A DNA stretch of 64,000 nt from Trichoplax adhaerens. Lineage: Eukaryota > Animalia > Placozoa. The stretch spans positions 10,634,209 through 10,698,208 of the forward strand of contig NW_002060943.1 of NCBI RefSeq assembly GCF_000150275.1, in the 5' to 3' direction. Shown piece after piece: positions 12,801-23,321 of this stretch. The notes beneath the pieces were generated by a model that ran no database searches, was not told where the DNA came from, and was given only the letters and a program-made list of their open reading frames with translations. Made by a program: the position numbers and the translations under genes. Numbering within the stretch: the first letter of the stretch is position 1; each line of letters starts with the position of its first letter.

Positions 12801-14458
12801 ATTGAAAGTAATTCAATTTGATCACTATTAAATGAATTTTATGTGATTAATTAATTATCAGATATGTCGATAATAAGATGATGCAGCATTTTTAATTAAT
12901 TACCATATATATATATATAAGTTAGACTGTGACCTTAAATCATTTTATCGCTTATTTGAAATCTTTCATCAACGGTAAATCTTATAATTACAATACGCAC
13001 TTTACCATAGAAAGATCTGACTGAACGGATATTATCAAAAAGGTAAGCATGAAATTGGTTGTAAAATTTTGTATTAGCAGTCTCTATCGATTAGCATTAA
13101 TATCCGCTATCGTACTACAATATTTATGTTATATATGAGAAATACAATACGAAATTTCATGACTTCAGTATCTTCCAGATACGACTATATCACATGTGTA
13201 CGCGTATATACGTATACAATTGATACTTTATTGTTGTAGAGTAATAGTAAGTATCTAATATTTGAGTAACTCGAGATAGAGTAATTGGGAGATGAAGCTA
13301 CTTCATGAAATACCCAAGGCATCCAAAATAGATAGTGAGTCCTACTATTGTGATAGGTTACGAAATTATTACGGCAATAGCTATGAGTAGTAGAGTGTTA
13401 GGATTTTTTCGCTGATCTGGGTTGAAAGTGATGTTCCGAACGTATTGACCAAAAATTATGATAGGAACCAATGCTATCTAATTTCGCACCAGTTGACCTA
13501 CGATTATACAATACTTTTAAAGTGTATCAAATATTAAATGACAAGCAACAGCATATAAGATGTCACATGTAAGTAGTACAGTATTTACCCCATATCTGAT
13601 TTTCTCCTTGGCATTCTTGGCCAATGAATATAAACTGACATTGATTTCTGCATTTAAGTGACACTTTTTAAAACTTATCATCCAGTTATTATCACAATTT
13701 CACCTTTAAATTGTAAGTTTTAACAATATAATCATCTTATTTGGTTGCATATAATAAATTAGATAATTGAAAAGAGCAATTACTATGTCCCTCTCATAAT
13801 TATATAATTGACATAACAATTTCAATCGCTATCATACCTTATCACTAATTTTTATGATTGAAAAACAGGCATTGAATTAGGTAAACTATGCGTATTTTCC
13901 CTGCAGACATAGCTCTTAGTTTATTGCTAGCTCCAATTTGTTTCTATGCAAACTTCTCATATAATAGATTAAGATCATAATTAAGGGTACTTAGAATCGT
14001 AGAGTCGGATCTGCCATACTACGATATGTAATCTATATTCTGTTAACATAGTGAAGTAAAAGTTCATTAAGAGTAAGATGCTATTCATAAATTTTATATA
14101 AAAATATACGAAAGATACGATAAATACAGTACATAGATAGCTCATCGGTATCGAAAACTATTAAATATCAAAATCATAAGATATCGCTCAATACTATAAA
14201 GTACTTTAATTTGATATCGGAATATTGAGCCAATAATTTATCATAAGCAAGTGATCCTGGATAAAACACAGTATCAATAGCAGATCAGTATGGGAATTAA
14301 TCTACTGTACAGTAAATGCTTTTAGACTTGTAGTAAACACTACTGTCCAGAGATTTTTGATAAATTATTAACACTAAACGATGGAGTTTTTTGTAGCAGA
14401 AATTATGTATTCGTATCAGGTATGCCTTAACTTTATTTGCATTTCGTTTTAGTTTGGA

Positions 14459-15576
14459 ATGGCTCGAATAATGACCTTGCTTTTTGGGGCTATTTGCATA
14501 CTTTGCATTACTCAAATTACTCAAGCAGTAACAACTAAATCTGCTAAAGTATCTAAGACCATAGGCAAAGGTGCAATGAATTATTCTGCTAATGATTCTG
14601 TGGCTTTCATTACATTAGATTACCGTAAATGAACATACAGCAGTAAAGAAGATTTAGGAATACTATGTATGATATGATCAAAAATAATATATTCTTATAA
14701 TATTTGATATAGATGAACTATTTGTTCGCTACCTCGATTACTTCGCCAAAAAAATCAATGAAGCTGAAAGAAACTTAAAAGAAATGAAGGCTTTGTTAAG
14801 AACCGGGCGCGATATGATGACTAAATGCCATTCTGTATCCACTATTATGAGTAAGTGCTCCATCATTGAATTAGTTTGAATCTAATTAAGCAATACACTA
14901 TCATAAATAAATAAAGTGTGTACTTACTAATATAGGATTAGGATAGTTTTATTCATGCTGAAATCGGATTAGAATTATAGACAAGATATGATTAGAAATG
15001 TTTTAAACGACGTAAATAGTGAAGCTGTAATAAATCGTTGCGATACTGTATTTGCTGAATAGAATTAAGTTAAGATTTTATCAATGTATGAGTATATTCT
15101 TACTGTAGCAAACATGTAAACCTATACCATACAATTATATGTAAGATATTAATTAAGCAGTCACATTCTGTAATCTACATAGGAAGCAGTAAAAGCCCAG
15201 AAGAAGCCGTAGAGAAGTTAAAAGACTTGAGCTTTATTGGCTTCGATAACGTGGCAAGAGGTGAGATTATTATTTGTAAACTGTTTCTGCAGTAATAATT
15301 ATTCAAGCCTAATTACATCAAAGAATTAATACATTCATATTGACATCTATTGAAATTTATCATCAGTCTATTTATCATTCTAATTCCAGTAACTACGCTA
15401 CTCAGTGTAATATCTTTTACGAATTATAAATACACTTATCTATTAGTAATGCGCACTTATTTCCATTCTTTTGTGATCCTTTAATAAGGAGTCTGATTTT
15501 ATATTGTTTTATAACAGGCAATGAATGCAACAATCCTGATGATTGTTTCCCTTTTGCAGGATTTTTCTTCGGTTAA
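14459..15576 (+). CDS. Small secreted protein, candidate (neuro)peptide prohormone, 128 aa, 4 coding exons, C-terminal Gly amidation signal
   Basis: Exons 14459-14570, 14713-14850, 15183-15260 and 15518-15576, joined by phase-1 GT-AG introns (387 nt in total). Protein: MARIMTLLFGAICILCITQITQA|VTTKSAKVSKTIGKDELFVRYLDYFAKKINEAERNLKEMKALLRTGRDMMTKCHSVSTIMRSSKSPEEAVEKLKDLSFIGFDNVARGNECNNPDDCFPFAGFFFG*. The hydrophobic N-terminus ends in a T-Q-A (-3,-1) site. A splice acceptor at 14452 just before the ATG implies a 5'UTR intron. Confidence 0.8.
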
Positions 15577-17331
15577 ATATAAATAAAAATATTAAAGATG
15601 TTAATTCAAAATACCCATATTGCACTGGTGTCACAGTTTAAAAGTTGGATATCGGCTAAATGTCATACATCACAAGGGATGTCAGATTTCAGTAGTTAAA
15701 GTTGATAATTAAGTCATTTTTATCTGTAACAGAGTATCAATTTGCATTCTATCTCTAACATGATGGCTTATGTCTATCACGTTTAAATAGTATGATAATA
15801 AGTTTAAAAGTTTCGTTAGAGTGTACCAATAGAGGTTTTATTAACATGCTAATACTTCATTAATAAGTTGATCAAAGCATTAAAACTATAATTCATAATT
15901 TTAAATAGCATTCTTTGATTGTAATTGTGTGCTAAAAATAATTGTTCTGGATTGTAAGTAAATAAATGTCAAATCAACAGCAACTATGGATAAGATAGAT
16001 CAAAACGTCATCGGTTAATCTAGACTTTCGTGAATAGACACGTTTTAATTGAGGATAGCGAAATTTATGTAGCAACACCGGTACACTATAGCAAATTTGG
16101 CACGATGTTTGAAATAACGAGTGTATATCTCGACTAGTAAGACGTACTACTAGTCTTACTCATTAGTAGTTGCAATAATTATAGGTTACTTTTAGCAATA
16201 CACTATGCTTTAATTTGTTTATGAGGACTCAGATTTATTAGCGACACCTTAATGCATTATTATTTTTATTTAGTTCTTCTTAATCATTTATCTTTTCGTT
16301 GTAACACATTTCAATAAACCTGCGAGACCAGCTCTTATTTGTTTCATACGAATATAAAATATTCCTTTTTATAGCTATATGACACTATAATGACTCCTTT
16401 TTATACTGTACTTACTCGTAAATTTTTAGAGTATATTGTTTCCTTCTGTCAATATCCTGATAAACCGTACATTAATATCCTCGTACATATACATACTGTA
16501 ATCCAAATTTAGTATTGCAATTAATGGTATGTACGTGCCTTGGACAGAAAACCCCTCTAATTGCAGTCATTTTAGGACTGATTTTCACTGTGACTTAATA
16601 TAGATTACGTCATATTGGAATATTAATCTTATTTTATTCTCGTGCAAGCCAAAATTTAATCGATTTATATTCTAAAAACTTTGTTTTAATCTGCTATACA
16701 TCATATGCAAGCGTAATATTATTCATCATTTAGACTGAAAGTACTTTTAGGTTCAGATCCAGTATATACGAGTATACACAATATCATATCAAGTTTAGTT
16801 TAATTCATACTAAAAATTTCGATATTGCCTAATTTACTTTTATCAGTAGAATTTACTTTAGCTATGATTAGTAATAAAGCTTATTGACGGTAAGTGACTA
16901 AGTGTTTTATTCCTGTGGGCGAACTAAATTCCAATTTTAATTAATATTGTTTATCATTTAAATAAGAATAAGCATCCAGCCATATAAACTAAATTAGTAC
17001 TTAATAAGTATTAACCGCATACTTACACATATATAAAGTAAACTATTTTAATTTAAATTATTCAACAGTCTAAAGGCATTTTCTATTAGTCGAATTATTA
17101 CAAGCCTTTTCAAATTTTTTCTTATATAAGCATCGATTAAATTTAATGTACTAAAGTGCCATCTTTGCTCATCGAGTATCAATTAAATATCCATACTAGA
17201 AGAACAGTTTATATCAACAAGCTACTAGTATCCTTTTCGTCTACATTTTCTATATAGTAACGTCTTGTAACAATATGACAAAGCAAAATTATTATAATAA
17301 CAAAATGATGCTATTAGCATATCTATTGGTT

Positions 17332-17345
17332 ATTGCTATGGATAC
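17332..17345. promoter_or_regulatory. RFX X-box (ATTGCTATGGATAC) next to an inverted CCAAT box (ATTGG, 17325-17329)
   Basis: Close match to the X-box consensus GTTGCCATGG(C/A)(A/T)AC, about 325 bp upstream of the ATG at 17670. Confidence 0.6.
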
Positions 17346-17669
17346 CAACAGATAGTAAGAATGCCTTATGTATTATAGATGGACAAGATATATTCCTATA
17401 CAGGCAAGTAAAGTGGTCTTTAGTAGTTACCTTTTTAGTGGTCAAGACATCATCAAATTAAAGTCTACTTGTTGGGATCAATTGATATTTTTATTGGAGA
17501 AAAGTGGATTTTATAGTCCATTATCAGCGATAATGGTATTCTATAATCCAGCAGGGAATTTAGAGCACAGTGACGGCATGTATTAAATACCATCATTAGC
17601 ATCAATCTAGGAAGAGTTTCGTACGGCATCAGTGTTGTGTCTATATCAGTAATATGTTAGGTAATCAAT

Positions 17670-20600
17670 ATGGCCAGCTGGATACAAACAGATATAGATG
17701 AAGAAGTTGACAGCATTTATTCTCAAATCTATATTTCATTACCAACACGAGAAGTAATTACGCTATATAACGTTCCAAATCAAGTTACAATTTTACATCT
17801 TAAATCAATGATTGAATTATACAGTGGTATACCTCCTAACGTTCAAATTTTGCAATATTTAACCACTACAGATTTACAAGATTATCGTACATTAGTCTCT
17901 TATGGTATTAAAACACGAGATCAATTAACATTGACATTCCCAGTAACTTGGACAAGTTTATTTTTTGCTACATGGTATGGCGATATTCAGGAAGTTTTCT
18001 TTAGCGGTGTAACATTAACCGATCAGTATCGTTATACTGATGAAGAAATTACAATGTTAAATCGAATTATTGCAACACGCAGTTTTTTCGCTGTTATGTT
18101 GTCTGCTCGCCAAGGTCATGTTGAATTGATTAAGCAATTACATAAAAATGGTGCTGACATGAGCTGTTGTAGCCAATTTGGTAGAAATCCATTACATATC
18201 GCTGCCTGGCATGGACATATAGATTGTGTTGATTTTTTACTGCAAGTTAATTGCCCGATATTGTCCTATGACTTAAATGGTAAAACACCTATGCAATTAG
18301 CAACACAACGTCATCAAGATGAATGCCAACGTCGAATCTGGTTACATATTTGGAATTCAAGAAGCCAACTAATTCGCGCTCGGAAGCAGACAACAGATGA
18401 TAGTAAAACTATTCATTCTCAAATCACGATGATTGAAGAATTTATCACCGGGCCATCCGTGGGTAATACAGAACTTGATTATGAAAAAACACTTTTATCT
18501 AGATGGTACGATCCATTTTCTCGAGATCGAGATGAAATCGTGCTTAGATTGAACAATGTAGCTATAGATGATCATATGGATAGGCGAATCAATCATAAAA
18601 AGTTAAATCGTGTTAAAGTCAAGTTTGATGAAGCAAACACTGCAAATAATGCTGGTAAAACACGTCGACAAGTAATCTCTTTTGAACAACTGCCTGCAAC
18701 TTACCCGATATTATCTCATGATATAAGGTAATGACCATCCTTTAAATCATCTTAGTCTGTTTATTTTGATACAGAATTGATTATTCTACATTTATTTTCT
18801 TTGATTTTACGAGACTGTATCTATGCTATTAAGTTTACTTAATACCATGGTTTTAGACTAAGAGTTCCAGGTTAATTTCTTGAATTAATCTTGTATTGGT
18901 TATTTTATCAGTTTATAATTTAATTCAATGCATATAAACGATTTCATAAGTAGCGATGAACTCTTTACTAACTGAGACCAATCCTCTTCCACTTGATTTC
19001 AGAATAATTTAACTTATAGTTATTAGCACAAATTTCGTCTGGCATAACTTTAAATACTATTTGATAAGCGTTATGACCTCAAGTGATGTAGCATCTTTCT
19101 AGTTTACACGAGTATACTATCAGAATACAGGGACAGAAAAATTTTAATTTGTAACCCTAATTTCTGAGTTTCTATAATTGCATTGATTTATATTTATATC
19201 TATACATTTACAGATAGACTGCATTAACTATCTTCGTTTACGAGAACGATCGATAGCATTTGTAGTATTGTTTTTCATTCTTTCATAATGGTGTGATTCA
19301 AATATAACATTTCTATACGTAAAGATAATCCTACACAAGTACGTGATATAGAGGTAACCAATATTCATCTTTTGTTTCTATATTTTCCTACCGTCGTTAC
19401 TTTCACTCGATTCCCTGGTGTAATTTAATCTGATTTGTAATTTCTGTATTATTAATTTTCTGCCTCCACTTCGCTATATTTTTGTCGCATCATCTTTGCA
19501 CACCTATATATTTACATATCTATATATATGCATCCTTGTAATGAACGTGTTTCTTGGAATTCCCGCAAGTATTTGTCAAAAGATTGGAGTAAACAGAGTT
19601 TATTACGGGGTTTTGTTGAAAAAATTTCTGCAACAGCAAATTTTAATTGAAAAGATAATGATAGTCCTTAATGTATTGATTTAGCTACCTATTATCCAAC
19701 TTGTTTACGACTTCAAGATCATAAATGAGAGTTATAGAATCGCATCAATTAATTTATTATGCTATACAATGCCATCTATTTACGGCTTTATATCCTAATT
19801 AAACAATTTGCTAGTAAGTAGACCGCTATCAATTAAGAATTTATAACAAACCACTACATATTAATCTTAAAACACCGACGAAATTCAGTTTTCATATTTC
19901 CTTTCAAAGTTTGAATATTAGAATAAAAAGTCTTTCGCTATCTATTATCTTTCGGTATTTAGAGATGGAATTGATAGATGGTCATGTATTATATCTAGCG
20001 TATTTAAAAGATTTTAGTTTTATTTTTGATAGATATATCAAAGCTAGATACTATATCCATCTTGTTATATATTTTAATCGTTGTTAAATAATGATCATAA
20101 TGACTATATTATGGGCAGCATTTTTTTTTTCTGTGGATTACTGTACCTTTACAAGTACTATTTTGTATTATCAAGTTTTACTTCAGTAACTAATATCAAT
20201 TTCTTCTATTAGTGATTATTTGGTAATATTTGTAGCGCATTATATGATGATAATTACAAACTTTTTATTCTATTTTTCTTAACGTAGCAGTCGGCAACAA
20301 ATTGGAATCCGGTCTAAAAATTCTAATAAATTTGAAAGATGGTTTATAGCTAAAAAGAGGCAAGTTCAATACACATTAGAATGTTGCATTGACTGGAATG
20401 GGCAACGCAAACACGAAGATGTTGATTTAACATTTGAAGAGTGGCTGGAAATGAATAAAAGCTATTCTACAACAGGACGAGACCTTAATCGATCTAATAG
20501 TAATGCTCCCTATACTTATGATCTTGAGCTTGAGGATATACGAAGTGAGAGGGATTATGATCCGGTTGTATTCGCAGAGTGGTTAGAGAGGATAAGATCC

Positions 20601-21287
20601 AAAGAAAGAAAGGAAATAGAGCATCAAACTGTCCAAAGAATAACAGCTATTAAACGAAATCGCGGTATGACGTTTAGCCAACTATCGGAAGTTAAGAAGA
20701 AAAGAGATCGCGCTCGTATCATGATCTTGGAAGAAATTATCGACAGAGCTCCTACAATGAATCCTAAGCAAACTGAGAATCACAACAGGAATCAAATATC
20801 ATTTGAAGAATGGTTGAAAAGGAAGGAACTAGAATATAAACTTAAGCAATATAGGTCTGCATGGGCGAAGTTAAGGAAAAAACACGATGATAAGCGAAAT
20901 TATTCTGCTAGTAAGCAAAGTTATGATCAGTGGCTCAGTAATAAACTGTTCCAAGAGAGAGAGCAAAGGCGAAATATCGAAAAGGAGAGGATCAGAACAG
21001 ATCAATTTGAAGTTAAAAAGGATTTAGAAAAGAAAATAGAAGCTGAACAGAAATTAGTGCGATGGCGTCAGCAAAAACTACAACTTAAACAACGAGATAT
21101 AATAAAGAGAAAGCAAGATGAAATTCGTCAACAAGAGCTGAGAGAACAAGCTCTTGCAAAAAGGAAAAATATTGCTTTTGATCAGTGGTTTGACAAAAGT
21201 ATCGAAGATGAAATAACAGAAATTATCGATGCTAAGAAACATGGGAAACCTATAAAAAGGGAATCAAATACAATTATTCAAATTTAA
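17670..21287 (+). CDS. ANKRD60-like protein 1: ubiquitin-like domain + ankyrin repeats + long charged C-terminus with [FY]xxW[LF]xxK repeats; 2 exons, about 685 aa
   Basis: Exon 17670-18727 (AG|gtaatg) splices in phase 2 to 20288-21287, which is open and in frame with ORF 20451..21287. Ubl: TILHLKSMIELYSGIPPNVQILQYL. ANK: GRNPLHIAAWHGHIDCVDFLLQ. Confidence 0.85.
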
Positions 21288-22937
21288 AGTCAAACTTAGT
21301 TGATTGCTGTAATCCTCTTCGTTGGCATATGAGGCCTATTCTCATTTAGTTGATATATAATCATTTTGTTTCGAAAAGTTTTAAACAGTTATTAAACTGG
21401 AATGCTGATATAAGATATTAGCATAATTTCTGAATTGAAAAAGAGAATAACTTTCTCTTGCCCTACACTTTTTACTTTGATTGTGAAATAGCTAGGTTAA
21501 AATATGGGTTTGAAAATAATACCAATTAAATTGTAATTCAATTGATTTAAATAATGCAGTTACTGTGCTATATCCATTTGCAATTTTTTTATTAATCCCT
21601 ATGTTTCCATTGTGTATTATAATTTTAATATTGATCTACTACTGTATGTGACTATTACAATTTGATGGTAATGTGATTGCTTATGTCATATGCACAAATA
21701 CTGTTTATTTCTGTTGTATATTATTGATTTATAAGTAACCATATCAAATAATGAATTGGATTATAGTAAGTGTATTTAACTTCTTTTGGAGAAATAGGCC
21801 TAATACAGTATATCCATTTTAATGTTTGGATGAATTCTTGTTTGGTTTCAACTGCTGCACGTAAACGATACATTTGATAACCGATTTTAATTTTTTACTT
21901 GTTATCGCCATAAAGTAGTTGTTAAATAATATTTTTAGCAAATTCTAATGGCTGTTTGTTGTGATTGTCGCCAACATACAAAATATAAACTAATAAATTC
22001 ATCATTGGTCTCAGGATTTTATGGATCACTCCTATGACCTACAAACTCATGTGTATCATTATCCATTATATCATAAAACTAAAGATTGATAATCGATTTC
22101 GGTTAAGAACCGTTCACATCACTTTATCACAATCGGCAATTTTAAACCTATATATAATATACGTATATATCTTTGGTATCATCTACAAAATCTTATTTAT
22201 TAACATAGTCCTAATTCATTAAGCAATGTCTAACGAAATATTTTAAGTTAATTTGAATAATTATGAGTCCAGTCTCTTTCAAGTTTTTGATTCGCAGGTT
22301 GCAGCTGGTGGTATTAAGAGATAGGATTGTCAATTGTCTCATAGCAATAACATTGTTGCAATATAATGCTTAATTAATTATTAGCGTATGTGTCATATGT
22401 ATTGAGCATAAAATATCGAATAAGACTTCAAACTGATAGAATGTACTATGCTAATTACATGAAAAAAGTGATGGAATCGGATATACGAAGGTATACTAAG
22501 CATATACTTAGTACAGAACATCAAATAAATTATTCTTTATATGCTAATCGTAAGAATCCTAAGCTAATAGTCTTGTTCCATATTTTCTGAATTTGTAGTG
22601 TTACTCAAATTCAATCCAGAAATATAAAAGTAAAAATAAGAACATTTTTAAATTTTGTACTTTCATGGTAAATAATGAATGCAATGAAATAATATCTAGT
22701 TGTATGAGCAATAACAACATTTTAAGTAAGACTAGAGAGTTTCTCGAGGGTAAATTATCAACTACCATTATTAATATCATACTAGGATACCATGATCAAT
22801 GTATTTTATAACCATTGTTGACTTATTGAGTAATAAGATTGATGGCATGTTCTACAACATAATGTACAAAACGTATATACTATAAGGATGCCAAAGGATG
22901 ATAATTAATTCAATACGCGATTTAATGCATTGTTACG

Positions 22938-22951
22938 GTTGCCATGGCAAT
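22938..22951. promoter_or_regulatory. RFX X-box (GTTGCCATGGCAAT)
   Basis: 13/14 match to the palindromic X-box GTTGCCATGGCAAC, about 370 bp upstream of the ATG at 23322. Confidence 0.75.
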
Positions 22952-23321
22952 TACCAACATAACAGTATAGTATACACTATTATTTGGCAAATAGTTATAC
23001 TGTATCTCTAATCCGTACATTAATGCCATCCCACAGATTGCAGATACATGTAACTATAGTATACATTCTGTACGTCATTTAAAACTCTGCTTTACTGTAC
23101 CTTACCTACTTGTTAGTCCAATTTATGCTCTGATAAGATCGATCGATATTATTTATAACATAAGTTGTTGCAGTCACAAAATTACATTACTAGATTAATT
23201 ATTGTAATATTATTATTAACATCAGTGATTGGTAGAATTTAATTTCGAGGTATTTTATGTAAAGTTAGCCTTAGTGCCTTAAATCTACAATATTATAACT
23301 TATGATAGATAGTAATTCATT

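Noticed and set aside
13560-13980. Short hydrophobic ATG ORFs (MSHVSSTVFTPYLIFSLAFLAN..., MRIFPADIALSLLLAPICF...) as additional signal peptides
   Set aside because: Both stop within about 35 codons with no donor after the hydrophobic part; hydrophobicity is expected from AT-rich codons.
14297-14524. Minus-strand 75-aa ORF from the track
   Set aside because: It overlaps the signal-peptide exon of the plus-strand precursor in antisense, has a non-ATG start, and is best read as a shadow ORF.
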